IMG/VR virus record: IMGVR_UViG_3300010885_077086 | Location: 16,776-80,775 of that record | DNA length: 64,000 bases | Strand: one strand, 5' to 3' | Source: a virus | In this document: positions 28,490 through 38,004 of the stretch, one piece after another | How positions within the stretch are numbered: position 1 is the stretch's first letter | How the letters are laid out: each line of letters begins with the position of its first letter | Position numbers and translations under genes: made by a program | The notes under the pieces: model-generated | Databases searched by the model: none | What the model saw: the letters and a program-made list of their open reading frames with translations, nothing else | Told to the model about the DNA's origin: nothing

Positions 28490-29359
28490 TTAGACTCCAA
28501 AAAGCTCTTGCTTTAGTTGCAGCAGACGATCAGAATTATAGTTAAACTTTTCTTCTGGAGTAATAAGATTCTTTTTATCTGGATCGGAATTCCTCAGAAA
28601 ACGATCCCGCTCTGAGATGTTTTTTCTTACCTCCGTAAGCTTTTCATTCAGCTCCTCGGCTTGATGGTATAGCTCATCTGAAGTATGAATAAGCTCTTGG
28701 TATTTAATGTCAGAAACATAAAGAATTGGCATCCTGTTCTTTTCGTATTCTGATTTTAGCTCGGTAACTCTTTTTTCAAAGTTAGACTTTTTATCCGCAA
28801 GGTCAAGAGATTCAATGTATTTTTCTAGAAGTGAGGGAAATTTTTCTACATAAAGTTGAATATTGTAAGAAAAGTCCTCTACTCCACCGCCACTTCCAGT
28901 ACCAAGACCGGCAATCAATCTAACAAAGTCACCAAAGAGAGGCCTCTTTGATTTGAGAGATTCAGAAAGATAATGCGAACAACCCTTTGGAACGTCAATC
29001 CCATCAAACTCTGATATTACACCTCTGGTAATCTTTCCAGATACATCAAATGTAATTACTAAATTGTTGTAGTGGTCTTTTCTTGGGAATGAGCCATTAA
29101 ACTTAGTAAAGATAAGCTCTAATCCAAGTATTTTTGCTACTGCAATAAGGTGAGAATGAATTTCTGTCTGCTTAAAGGAAGTCAGGTTTTCAACCATATA
29201 GTTTGATACCTTAGAAGAAATCGCATTAAATTTGGCTTCTTTCTCCTCCTTAAGCTCTTGGGTGCGATGCTTTTTAAGACACTTTAGGATATCTCCTTGC
29301 TCCTTAGAGATACCACCGCACTTGTGGCACTCAAAGACTTCGACCTTAGTTATTTCCAT
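28490..29359 (-). CDS. Hypothetical protein with N-terminal Zn finger and C-terminal coiled coil
   Basis: FECHKCG...C...H; heptad-rich C-terminus. Confidence 0.7.
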   Translation of the reverse strand: MEITKVEVFECHKCGGISKEQGDILKCLKKHRTQELKEEKEAKFNAISSKVSNYMVENLTSFKQTEIHSHLIAVAKILGLELIFTKFNGSFPRKDHYNNLVITFDVSGKITRGVISEFDGIDVPKGCSHYLSESLKSKRPLFGDFVRLIAGLGTGSGGGVEDFSYNIQLYVEKFPSLLEKYIESLDLADKKSNFEKRVTELKSEYEKNRMPILYVSDIKYQELIHTSDELYHQAEELNEKLTEVRKNISERDRFLRNSDPDKKNLITPEEKFNYNSDRLLQLKQELFGV

Positions 29360-29537
29360 TGGAAGCACCATGAGTAGAGTTTAGGGAGTTAGCGCAAACA
29401 ACATGAGGGCCACCTTCGCGCCTCCAGCATTGAAGGTCTGGTCGAGGAGACTTAATCTCGACCCATCCATTCCTTTCTGCATAAGACTCAACCTTAGTTG
29501 GAACACAGGCAAGAAGAAAAATAAGAACGGCAATCAC
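29346..29537 (-). CDS. Small lipoprotein
   Basis: MIAVLIFLLA-C lipobox. Confidence 0.6.
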   Translation of the reverse strand: MIAVLIFLLACVPTKVESYAERNGWVEIKSPRPDLQCWRREGGPHVVCANSLNSTHGASNGNN

Positions 29538-29815
29538 CTTGTAGTCTCCTTATCTTCAATGGCTCGGGTCAAATAATCTCGCAGAAGCTTTCCTTGCTTA
29601 ATGTCGATTGCCGTACAGTCCCAATGACCATAACGGCACTCGTAACCGAAAAGATACTTAGCCGCAACAACCAAACGCTGCCAAAAAGAGCGATGCTGGT
29701 GAAGCTGAACCTGTGTCCAACAGATTTCATCACCATCCATATCATCCATGTGGCTAAACTGAAGGACATGATCTGGAGAATGGCACTCACAAATAACGTG
29801 ATGAGTCTCTTTCAT
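29534..29815 (-). CDS. Conserved phage hypothetical protein
   Basis: ICECHSPDH...FWQRL..A.KYLFGY..RYGHWD. Confidence 0.7.
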   Translation of the reverse strand: MKETHHVICECHSPDHVLQFSHMDDMDGDEICWTQVQLHQHRSFWQRLVVAAKYLFGYECRYGHWDCTAIDIKQGKLLRDYLTRAIEDKETTR

Positions 29816-30138
29816 TCTTCCTCCTCGTCAAAGTCAAAGCGAGTCTTAGTTGGTGCCTCTTCCTCGACCTCTTCTTCGACAACAATGCCGGAGATAAGAT
29901 CGGAATGTTCATCCATTTCAACAAAGAGGTTCATTGAAGAGGTATAAATCTGAGCCAACTTAATTGTCTTTTTTGTGAAGAAACGCTTTGCGGTTGTTGG
30001 ATCGGCAGAAATAGAGTTTGCAATATCAACCCAAGCAATCTTAATATCGCTTTCAAGAGATTCGACAAACTTAGCAGACATAAGGTTGGCGGTTTGCTCT
30101 ACTAGGCTTTGAGGATCTGTTGTATCTGAATCAGACAT
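29812..30138 (-). CDS. Hypothetical protein, acidic C-terminus
   Basis: 108-aa coupled ORF. Confidence 0.65.
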   Translation of the reverse strand: MSDSDTTDPQSLVEQTANLMSAKFVESLESDIKIAWVDIANSISADPTTAKRFFTKKTIKLAQIYTSSMNLFVEMDEHSDLISGIVVEEEVEEEAPTKTRFDFDEEEE

Positions 30139-30337
30139 CTTTTACTCCAGAATTATCGAGATAATGGCGGATAGCATCCTCAAAAAAGATCTGAAACCGC
30201 TCAGAAAATAATGGAGAGGAATAATCAATTTGAAGTGCATCTTGAAGCTCCTTTAAAGTCTCTTCACTGAGATCAAAGATAATTGTTGTGTGACCATCGC
30301 CACCCTCAATGATTTCCATATTTGAAAAGTCTATCAT
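30131..30337 (-). CDS. Hypothetical protein
   Basis: 68-aa coupled ORF, GGGAGG RBS. Confidence 0.6.
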   Translation of the reverse strand: MIDFSNMEIIEGGDGHTTIIFDLSEETLKELQDALQIDYSSPLFSERFQIFFEDAIRHYLDNSGVKDV

Positions 30338-30568
30338 TTAAGCCTCCCTGTCATTAAAATAACCTTCTTCAAACCTTTCCCATTCCAGCAGCAAAGACTC
30401 TATTGCCTCCCGCTGGTTGTCAAATGGCCCCCACGGTGGGCTATCAGAAACTTGAACATACCATCCTTCGCCACCAGAAGGCACGATATAATCTCCCTCC
30501 TCACTAAAGAACGATGGAAAGGAATCATAATACGAGATAAGATAATCATTCTTCATGGTATGCTCCAA
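30338..30568 (-). CDS. Hypothetical acidic protein
   Basis: First ORF after class-1 promoter; GWY...WGPF...EA pattern. Confidence 0.6.
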   Translation of the reverse strand: MEHTMKNDYLISYYDSFPSFFSEEGDYIVPSGGEGWYVQVSDSPPWGPFDNQREAIESLLLEWERFEEGYFNDREA

Positions 30569-30580
30569 CGGATATAGGGC

Positions 30581-30627
30581 GACCCTGCCCCACGGCTATA
30601 ATCTAGGCACCGGGAGGGCAGGGTCAA
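30581..30627 (-). promoter_or_regulatory. Class-1 promoter embedded in a 10-bp perfect inverted repeat
   Basis: TTGAC-N12-GTGCCTAGATTAT; GACCCTGCCC (30581-30590) / GGGCAGGGTC (30616-30625). Confidence 0.8.
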
Positions 30628-30655
30628 TTGGCAGGGATTTATTTTTTAGAAGAAA

Positions 30656-31315
30656 TCAAAGGGAGAAAAGAGACTTCGAAGAAAGATCCTGCATGAGTTC
30701 TTTTCTTTTTTTAAGATCTAATTCCATTTTTTCAAGATCGGAAATCTGCATTGAAATATCAAGTGGAATCTCCAGCTTTCTTATGGCAGAGTAAATATCA
30801 TCCATGTTACCATAAGATGATGAAATTCTTACTCTGCTATAGCTAAATGATATGTAGACCATTCCATATGAAAAAGATGAAACATCCCATCTTTCAGAAA
30901 TTGACATAAAATCTCTAAAGTTTTTTATATCATTTGCAGGCTTTGATCTCCATCCTTTTTTCATCATTGACTTGGCTCTATATCTAGAGCCATTCTTTGA
31001 AATTCCCCTTAGAGGATTTGAGGTATTAAGTGCAGCTGCAGTTTTTGATAAAATTATTCCACCGCTCTTTTCTTCATCACCTACAATCTCAAGAAAAATT
31101 TCTTGAATTTTAGATTCTCTTTTTTCATAGTAATCATTATCAGCACTAGATAGTTTCCACTTATGTGCTCCTAGTGCAGTTTTTAATTTTGACCTTAGGA
31201 CCCTTTCAACTCCAAGATTTACCTTATTTGAAACGGCCCTTAGCTGCTTCTGAAGCAGATCTTTTTGCTTTAGAAGCTCTTCAATCTTTGGATCTTTTGA
31301 AATAATATCTTTCAT
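30656..31315 (-). CDS. Hypothetical coiled-coil protein
   Basis: 219-aa ORF. Confidence 0.65.
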   Translation of the reverse strand: MKDIISKDPKIEELLKQKDLLQKQLRAVSNKVNLGVERVLRSKLKTALGAHKWKLSSADNDYYEKRESKIQEIFLEIVGDEEKSGGIILSKTAAALNTSNPLRGISKNGSRYRAKSMMKKGWRSKPANDIKNFRDFMSISERWDVSSFSYGMVYISFSYSRVRISSSYGNMDDIYSAIRKLEIPLDISMQISDLEKMELDLKKRKELMQDLSSKSLFSL

Positions 31316-31322
31316 TTAATTC

Positions 31323-32012
31323 TCAGACAATGATATCTGCAATTCCCATCTTTACAGCTTCCTCTGCTGAAAGATAAACATTTACTTTGCGATTAATCAC
31401 TCTCTTTAGCTGAGCAACAGACATGTTTGACTCATCAGAAAGTGCCCTTAGGTAAGCCTCCTGCATATATCGCATTTCTGCCATCTCATTTTCTAGATTA
31501 TGGAATGAGCCAGATGTTCCGCCAATTACAGAGTGAATCATTACTCTACAATTCTTTCCAATCTTACGCTGACCCTTTGTTCCTGCCGCAAGAAGGAGAA
31601 CACCGGCAGACATTACCTTTCCAATTCCAAATGTAACAATTGGGCACTTTTCCTTTACAACACGCATAATGTCGTAAAGAGCAAACATATCATCTGCTGA
31701 GCCGCCTGGAGTTGAGAGAAGAAACTCAATAGGAAGAACCTCTACTTCAACCTCTTTCTTTTCCTCCTCTCCATCCTTACCTTCGGCTATTTCTGCATCA
31801 GACTCTACCTCTGCGGTTTCAGCCATATCAAGCATCATGCCGATAATCTGAGCAACCTTATTCTCTTCAACCTCACCAAATAGTCCGATGATGCGAGAAT
31901 CTTCATCTTTTGGAAGCAGAATCATCTTTGGATCTAGGGATCCTTCTGACTCTACCTCTTCTTCGTCGCCGTGATCATGACCATCGTTTAGTTTCTTAGA
32001 TTTAAATAACAT
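31323..32012 (-). CDS. clpP: ClpP-like ATP-dependent protease proteolytic subunit
   Basis: LSTPGGS, GKVMSAG (Ser), RVMIHS (His), YLSAEEAVKMGIAD. Confidence 0.9.
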   Translation of the reverse strand: MLFKSKKLNDGHDHGDEEEVESEGSLDPKMILLPKDEDSRIIGLFGEVEENKVAQIIGMMLDMAETAEVESDAEIAEGKDGEEEKKEVEVEVLPIEFLLSTPGGSADDMFALYDIMRVVKEKCPIVTFGIGKVMSAGVLLLAAGTKGQRKIGKNCRVMIHSVIGGTSGSFHNLENEMAEMRYMQEAYLRALSDESNMSVAQLKRVINRKVNVYLSAEEAVKMGIADIIV

Positions 32013-32020
32013 TTTTTCTC

Positions 32021-32437
32021 CTAGTATGAATCGTCAAGTTCTATATCGTATCTGAATCCAATCGTTGCCTGAGGTATGCCGTTATGTTTTGTTAAAAATT
32101 TTAATATCGTCTTTTTGTCGTCAGACATTGTTGAAAACTGTCCATTATTATCAACCCATATATTTAATTCTGGAAATAGAGAAGAATATTTTAAAAACTT
32201 GTGGTGACAATCTCTTACTAGACTGAAATTTGCAACCCAAATTATTGTATTTTTTCTTTCAAAAAGATTTTGTATTCCAAGCATCATAATGCTTGTTGTC
32301 TTACCAAGCCTTCTTTTATAACCTATTACATTTTTTACTTTTTCATGGTCTGAAAACAATGCAGAAGTTATTACCTCTGTTTTGAATTCATCGGGGTCTT
32401 TTAGACCGCATCGTCTGTAAATTTCCTTCAATTCCAT
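32021..32437 (-). CDS. Small P-loop protein resembling a terminase/helicase N-terminal fragment
   Basis: GYKRRLGKTT Walker-A-like motif; only about 138 aa. Confidence 0.5.
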   Translation of the reverse strand: MELKEIYRRCGLKDPDEFKTEVITSALFSDHEKVKNVIGYKRRLGKTTSIMMLGIQNLFERKNTIIWVANFSLVRDCHHKFLKYSSLFPELNIWVDNNGQFSTMSDDKKTILKFLTKHNGIPQATIGFRYDIELDDSY

Positions 32438-32459
32438 GGTAATATTATACCAATTGAAT

Positions 32460-33185
32460 ATGAACAACAGAATTCAAATTTTAAAGAGGGCTCTTATAAA
32501 AATGGGAAAGGATACCGAGTCTGATAGACTAGAGGCCATAGAGGATAAGGTTCATCCCGGCGCAGTTATTGCAATTGGTGGAGCAGAGGACAAAACTTAT
32601 CATGGAAAAATTCTAAAAAGAGTTTTTGACCTTGCTGGTGGTAAGGATATTGATATTACCGTAATTCCTTGGGCATCAAAAAAGAAAGATGCTGGAGAAA
32701 TTTACAAAAAAATATTTGAACACTTTGGGGCAAAAAAAGTTTTCTTGCTCAAAGAGAGAGATAGAAAGGAAGCTCTTGACGCCTTTGAGAGAACAGCTCT
32801 AATATTTTTTGTAGGTGGAGATCAAAAAAGACTTCTAGATGCATTAGAAGATCTAGATCTTATTAATGAAATAAGAAGAAACAACAAGAAAGGATTAGTT
32901 GTTGCTGGAACATCTGCTGGAGCCTCAATACTTGGAGAGCATATGCCATATTATTCTGAGGAAGAAGAGAAGGTTCTTTATTACAAAGGCCTAAATCTAG
33001 TTCCAAACTCAATAATTGACCAGCATTTTTCTCAAAGACACAGAATAAAGAGGCTTCAAGATGCTGTCAAGAGGTTTGACGGTGCAACAGGTTATGGTAT
33101 TGATGAAGATACCGCAATTGGATTCCAAGATGGAAAGGAAACATTCCAAATGGGAAGCGGCAGAATTAAAATTCTTCCAGAGTAG
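32460..33185 (+). CDS. cphB: Cyanophycinase (peptidase S51) with N-terminal leader
   Basis: AIGGAEDK, FFVGGDQ, AGTSAGA (Ser), IIDQHF (His), GIDEDTA (Glu). Confidence 0.85.
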   Translation: MNNRIQILKRALIKMGKDTESDRLEAIEDKVHPGAVIAIGGAEDKTYHGKILKRVFDLAGGKDIDITVIPWASKKKDAGEIYKKIFEHFGAKKVFLLKERDRKEALDAFERTALIFFVGGDQKRLLDALEDLDLINEIRRNNKKGLVVAGTSAGASILGEHMPYYSEEEEKVLYYKGLNLVPNSIIDQHFSQRHRIKRLQDAVKRFDGATGYGIDEDTAIGFQDGKETFQMGSGRIKILPE

Positions 33186-33374
33186 TCATTCTTTATCTGG
33201 CGTCCAAAGGTGATAGCCAGAGCAAAGCGGACAGTGATAAAACTTTTTTATCTCACTATAATCACGCTTTGCTCTCGCTACTGCACGTTCTGCTTTCTCT
33301 CTTGTTCCGTAGCGCTTCTTTGTAAGGCAGCCTCTATCTATCCACTTTCCACCGGCTACCTTCTTTCCCTTCAC
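33186..33374 (-). CDS. Small basic Zn-binding phage protein
   Basis: C..KKRY.T...A...YHCPLCSGYHL. Confidence 0.7.
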   Translation of the reverse strand: MKGKKVAGGKWIDRGCLTKKRYGTREKAERAVARAKRDYSEIKKFYHCPLCSGYHLWTPDKE

Positions 33375-33709
33375 TTTATCTTATCCAAATGAAAGGTTAT
33401 ATCTTCTACTGCGGAAGGTCTAAATACCCTTATCTTTGTCTTTAGAAGAGCTTCAGTCCATTCATCCCTTGAGACTCTCTTTCCATAAAGATCGAGCACC
33501 ATTCCGTTACGATAGTGACTGGGAGAAGATTCAATAACTTTTATTGCGTTGCGAATAGCCGTAAGGGCAGCAGCTTTGCTTTGATAAATCTTGCCAACTC
33601 TAGAATTAACAATTGATGATTGAAAACCAACCTTAATTCTAATTGGCTTATCAAATTGATCTAAAATTTGATAAAGTTCTTGAATCTTTTCTTTCTTTGC
33701 CCCAGCCAT
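33371..33709 (-). CDS. Hypothetical protein
   Basis: 112-aa coupled ORF. Confidence 0.6.
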   Translation of the reverse strand: MAGAKKEKIQELYQILDQFDKPIRIKVGFQSSIVNSRVGKIYQSKAAALTAIRNAIKVIESSPSHYRNGMVLDLYGKRVSRDEWTEALLKTKIRVFRPSAVEDITFHLDKIK

Positions 33710-35016
33710 TAGAAGCCAGTACCAGATCTTGTTGACTTAATGTCTTTACCAAGATTTGATAGGAATTCAGAAAGTGACAGCTCAATATCTTCATCTGAGA
33801 TAATCTGAGAGGAGCGGGCAAATGCCTTGTTGGCAGCTGCAAGGTAAATTCCCTTAACAAAAGCAAGGGAGTGTCCTTTTGCTGCATCTGCAATACGATC
33901 AACCATAGAGTCTGAGATTGAATCTTCTTCTGATAGTTTACGCATAAAAGATCTGATTCCATCACGGCTTGGTGCTTCAAAAGGAATTCTCAAGTCAAAT
34001 CTACCGGGACGGAATAGAACCTGCGAATCGATCTTCTCTGGGTTATTTGCAGTAGCAATAAGAATTGAATTCTTACGCTGAGCAACACCATCAAGTGCGT
34101 TTAGAATTGCTGAGAAGGAAACAGGAGTTTTAAAACCCTCTTCTTTTGAGAAGAAACGATCAATATCCTCTAGAAGAAGAACTCTAATTCTTGGATTTGA
34201 TTCCTCTTCTTCATCACCAATATCAAAGATACGAGAATGTCTTAATGGCCTTGGATTCTCGTCATACATATCATCTTCATGATCTCCTCCGCTCACCCAA
34301 GATAGAAATGCAGAATCTGGATCTTCATAGCGGCCTGTGAAAGAGAATTGGCTTGGTGATGAATGAAAAAACTTTGATATTGCTCTGATTGCAGAGGTTT
34401 TTCCATTTCCGGGTGGGCCATAAAGAAGATAAGAGCGAGAGTAAGGAAGATCTCTTTTGTCAAACCATTCCTTTGACTTTGAGAAGAAAAGAACGTCATT
34501 CTTAAGGCTTTCTGTCTTTGAATCCCAGAATACTTTATCAAGAGATTTTTCGTTGTATAGCGATGGAGAAAGCTGAACCTTAGAGATTAAGAGTCTAATC
34601 TTTGACCAATCTCTCTTGCGAGCAACAAATCCAAAGTCGGTATTGAAAAATACAACGTCTTCTCCTGGAATTCTAAAGATTGAACCTTTTCTTTCTTTCC
34701 AGCGATTTCCAGAAACAGAAAATGTTCTTACCAAGAATAGATCTTCCACTTCCTCTAGTTTTGAGATAAGTGGTGATAGTTCTTCAGACAAAGAAAATAC
34801 TATTGCTTCATCCCAATTTACACCAAGAATTCTTTTAATCTCGTCTCTATCTGCAAAAAGAAACTTTGCAACAGAGACTGGTGGCCTATATACAAAACTA
34901 TCAACTGAGCCATGTCCAGATATTGCCGGATTAATTAAGCCTTTTTCCTCATCAGCTTGCTGATCGATAATCTTTCTTATTGAAAGAATTGCATCGTTAT
35001 TTGAAAATTTATTCAT
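33709..35016 (-). CDS. AAA+ ATPase (BCS1/FtsH-type module, no protease domain)
   Basis: LLYGPPGNGKT, LLLEDID, LNALDG, TAN.PEKID..LFRPGRFD. Confidence 0.9.
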   Translation of the reverse strand: MNKFSNNDAILSIRKIIDQQADEEKGLINPAISGHGSVDSFVYRPPVSVAKFLFADRDEIKRILGVNWDEAIVFSLSEELSPLISKLEEVEDLFLVRTFSVSGNRWKERKGSIFRIPGEDVVFFNTDFGFVARKRDWSKIRLLISKVQLSPSLYNEKSLDKVFWDSKTESLKNDVLFFSKSKEWFDKRDLPYSRSYLLYGPPGNGKTSAIRAISKFFHSSPSQFSFTGRYEDPDSAFLSWVSGGDHEDDMYDENPRPLRHSRIFDIGDEEEESNPRIRVLLLEDIDRFFSKEEGFKTPVSFSAILNALDGVAQRKNSILIATANNPEKIDSQVLFRPGRFDLRIPFEAPSRDGIRSFMRKLSEEDSISDSMVDRIADAAKGHSLAFVKGIYLAAANKAFARSSQIISDEDIELSLSEFLSNLGKDIKSTRSGTGF

Positions 35017-35027
35017 GGTATCTCCAA

Positions 35028-35252
35028 TTAGTGCTCTGTATGCCAGTCCCAAAAATGATCTGTTAAGATTTTTTCCCATTCTTTATCTGAGAGTCCAGAC
35101 TCTTTTGCAAGTTTATGGGCTTCTTCTTCCATCTTTTTATCAAGAAGTCTGTAGATCTTATCATAAATATCTACCATTAAGTATCCCACTCCTTTGTGAT
35201 CAAGAGCAAAACAGTTGCAGTCCAAGTGATCCAAGCCAAATATTTTAGCCAA
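35028..35252 (-). CDS. Hypothetical protein
   Basis: 74-aa ORF. Confidence 0.55.
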   Translation of the reverse strand: MAKIFGLDHLDCNCFALDHKGVGYLMVDIYDKIYRLLDKKMEEEAHKLAKESGLSDKEWEKILTDHFWDWHTEH

Positions 35253-35271
35253 TCCATTAGTTCAAGGCTAG

Positions 35272-35592
35272 TCATAGGTGGGCCACGTTAAATAATACCC
35301 ATTCCAAAACATCCGGAGAATTCTCCTTTACAAAATCAATAAAGTATTCTTTTGTAGAAGATAACCGCGAACAATGGCTAAATCTTACAGAATAAGATGT
35401 TTCTTGAACAGAGCCATTGTCTGTTACGACCCAAACTGCCGATGGAAATATTCCATCGAAAAAGTAATATTCAACCTTATTTACGATCCATCCGTTATCC
35501 TCTCCCTCTTTGTATCTCGTTACATAAATGCCGCGAGGGAAAATTTTATCAGAATATAATTGATCGTAAGTTATTTCTTCTATCTTTTGCAT
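35272..35592 (-). CDS. Hypothetical protein, 'W-x-L-F-N' family
   Basis: Ends FIDFVKENSPDVLEWVLFNVAHL. Confidence 0.75.
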   Translation of the reverse strand: MQKIEEITYDQLYSDKIFPRGIYVTRYKEGEDNGWIVNKVEYYFFDGIFPSAVWVVTDNGSVQETSYSVRFSHCSRLSSTKEYFIDFVKENSPDVLEWVLFNVAHL

Positions 35593-36110
35593 TAGTCAAG
35601 CCTAATTTTAAGGCCCATATCCTGCATCTTTAGTATTGCTTCGGCATTACCCTTTGCATCGTCAAGAGCATTATGAGAATGATTGGTTTCTCTTAGATGC
35701 TTCCACTTTGCAAAGGTATCAAGCTTTGCTCCGCAGTAAAGATCTCCAATCCTACGACTAGAGAATCCAAATGGATTTCTTCCTAGGAAAGCATGAAAGT
35801 AATAGTTGATGAAGGCAAAGTCAAATCCTGGATTGTCCGCAATAAAGATTGGGCGACCCTTGGAGTTTGCATTAATCCATTCCTCAAAGCGAGTCATAAC
35901 AGGAATAGGATCTTCAAAGCGAATCATCTGCTCTCTAGTAAACCCAGAGACAGCAAGAGACTCTGGAATCCATCGGTCAGAAATGGGCTTTAGTTCTGCA
36001 TAGAATGTTCTATTGAGACCGGCCTCTACAACTACTGCTCCAAAGGAAACCATAGAGTAAAGACCGGGAGCTGGCCCGTCTGCCTCAATATCAACAGAAA
36101 AGTAGCTCAT
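35592..36110 (-). CDS. DEDDh 3'-5' exonuclease (Rv2179c-like exoribonuclease)
   Basis: SVDIEADGP, FDFAF, HNALDDA. Confidence 0.88.
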   Translation of the reverse strand: MSYFSVDIEADGPAPGLYSMVSFGAVVVEAGLNRTFYAELKPISDRWIPESLAVSGFTREQMIRFEDPIPVMTRFEEWINANSKGRPIFIADNPGFDFAFINYYFHAFLGRNPFGFSSRRIGDLYCGAKLDTFAKWKHLRETNHSHNALDDAKGNAEAILKMQDMGLKIRLD

Positions 36111-36370
36111 TAAAACTCCGTATCCTCATCAAGCATAGAATAGTGCGGCTCTTCTTTTGTCATTTTTTGCTTAAATGCAGAAGAAAAGTAATGACGATTA
36201 AGGGAATCTACTCGCTCAATAGCTTCTTTACAGGCATTTGTCCAGCCGGATTTGTTAATTACATCTGTAGAGTCTGGAACAATATGAGATATAAGTTTTC
36301 TAATAAAATAGAGATCCTCCTCAGTAACCGGTGGAAATCCATCGATCTTAACGGTATTCTTCTTGCTCAC
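36110..36370 (-). CDS. Hypothetical protein
   Basis: GTG start after GGAGG. Confidence 0.6.
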   Translation of the reverse strand: MSKKNTVKIDGFPPVTEEDLYFIRKLISHIVPDSTDVINKSGWTNACKEAIERVDSLNRHYFSSAFKQKMTKEEPHYSMLDEDTEF

Positions 36371-36392
36371 TTTTATCCTCCGCTCCATCAAC

Positions 36393-36422
36393 AGAATATA
36401 ACCACCTATTCAGAAAAGTCAA
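36393..36422 (-). promoter_or_regulatory. Class-1 promoter
   Basis: TTGAC-N12-GTGGTTATATTCT. Confidence 0.75.
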
Positions 36423-36452
36423 GGAGGAGGTTACACCGGCCTGTTTTTAGTT

Positions 36453-36665
36453 TTAAAGCCTTGAGTTAAACTTTAGATCACCAATGTATTTCATACAAAG
36501 TTCGACAGATTCACCAAATCCAGACTCAGAATAAATTCCAAATGTTTCGTATCGAAATGGATAAGAATTCTTTGGTGTGCCCCAAATAAACCCAAGCACA
36601 TCGCCTTCTTCTGAGGTTATAATCCAACCGACATTTCCATAGATCTTTGCTTCAATTTTTTTCAT
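36453..36665 (-). CDS. Hypothetical protein
   Basis: 70-aa coupled ORF. Confidence 0.55.
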   Translation of the reverse strand: MKKIEAKIYGNVGWIITSEEGDVLGFIWGTPKNSYPFRYETFGIYSESGFGESVELCMKYIGDLKFNSRL

Positions 36666-36963
36666 CTTTTACCTTCTTAAAAATAACGGTTTCATCTGAT
36701 TCGTTGCCACGCATAAAAGCGGAAGGATTTAGCCATTCTTCGGCAATCTTTTTCTCAGAGTTATCATCTGATTCTGGCCAGCCTCTAGACTCCCAATCTT
36801 TAATCATGGCCCTCCAAACCTTTATTGGAATTTGAATCATTGCAGATTTATTATTTACTTCAAATTCGTGTCCTGATATTTCAAAATAAACATTTGAAAC
36901 ATCAAATATTTCCTGATAAAGATGATGATCTTTGCTGTATGAAATTGAAACTTTTGTGCTCAC
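36652..36963 (-). CDS. Hypothetical protein
   Basis: MSTK.SI....HLYQE.FD pattern; coupled. Confidence 0.6.
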   Translation of the reverse strand: MSTKVSISYSKDHHLYQEIFDVSNVYFEISGHEFEVNNKSAMIQIPIKVWRAMIKDWESRGWPESDDNSEKKIAEEWLNPSAFMRGNESDETVIFKKVKDEKN

Positions 36964-37595
36964 TCTATCTCCAATATTATTGGTTTATTAACAGGACGAT
37001 ACTTTCTATCGCAAGAAGAGGCATTAACAAATGTAATTCCATCAACCACTTTTGTTCCGTACCCTTCATGGATATGGCCTGATATATGGTACTTTGGCTT
37101 AATCCTATTTTGAATTTCATGCAAAAGAATATTGCATCCTGCCTTCACACCCTCCTCTGTTTCATCTAGAATTCCAAAAGGAGGGCCATGAGTTACAAGA
37201 ATATCTATTCCCTCTGGAATAGAACTCCATACTTCAATTAGTTTATCTGGATCTGCATTAAAAGCCCAGTCATAAAATCTTGGAGTCCAAGGAGAACCCC
37301 AGATTCTAAGGCCCATTACCGTAGCCTCAGAGTTCTCAATATATGTAATTGAGGGATGCTCAGAAAGAAGCATCCTTGTAAGACTTGGGTTAGTCTCTGG
37401 CAAAAAGTCATGGTTGCCAAAGCAAAGAACTTTATGCTTTGCTGGCTGCTGAGAAAACCAAAAAAGAAATGAAGTAATTTCTTGAAGAGTTCCCCGACCT
37501 GTTGCATCGCCAGCATGAATAAGAATGTCGCACTCTGGAATTTTTATTTTAGAGTGCAAATTATGTGTATCGGATATACAAACTATTTTTGGCAT
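36960..37595 (-). CDS. Metallophosphoesterase (calcineurin-like)
   Basis: ISDTH, HAGD, GNHD, THGPP, GHIHE. Confidence 0.92.
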   Translation of the reverse strand: MPKIVCISDTHNLHSKIKIPECDILIHAGDATGRGTLQEITSFLFWFSQQPAKHKVLCFGNHDFLPETNPSLTRMLLSEHPSITYIENSEATVMGLRIWGSPWTPRFYDWAFNADPDKLIEVWSSIPEGIDILVTHGPPFGILDETEEGVKAGCNILLHEIQNRIKPKYHISGHIHEGYGTKVVDGITFVNASSCDRKYRPVNKPIILEIE

Positions 37596-37610
37596 GTGGC
37601 CTCCAAGGAA

Positions 37611-37982
37611 TTATACTCTATCCGACGAATTCCAAAGATCCTGATTAAAAAGAAGCCACTCGGTTGCTGGATGATTTATATCTATTGTACGACTACAAAA
37701 TTCATCAAGGTTAGTGTAGAGAAGCTGGCCTCTTTCGTATGGAATATTTGAAGCAAGATAGGTTGCATTTAAGGCAACCATCTTTAGATTTTTATCAGAA
37801 AAAATAAAAATTGCAAAATATGGAATAGAATCATTTAACCAAAAATAAAGCTTATTAGACTCTAGAGAATCATCATACTGACAAAAATCAGCATAATAAA
37901 GCCCCGTTGGACTATGATTTTTTCCATGATAAATTGCCTCAAGTGAGTCTCGAAACAATCCAAGATAAACTGGCTCAATCAT
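37611..37982 (-). CDS. Hypothetical protein, 'W-x-L-F-N' family (tandem paralog)
   Basis: Ends INHPATEWLLFNQDLWN. Confidence 0.75.
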   Translation of the reverse strand: MIEPVYLGLFRDSLEAIYHGKNHSPTGLYYADFCQYDDSLESNKLYFWLNDSIPYFAIFIFSDKNLKMVALNATYLASNIPYERGQLLYTNLDEFCSRTIDINHPATEWLLFNQDLWNSSDRV

Positions 37983-38004
37983 GATTCCAAAGATCCTGAT
38001 TAAA
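37629..38004. repeat. 21-bp direct repeat ATTCCAAAGATCCTGATTAAA at the 3' ends of two tandem paralogs
   Basis: Copies at 37629-37649 and 37984-38004. Confidence 0.85.
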
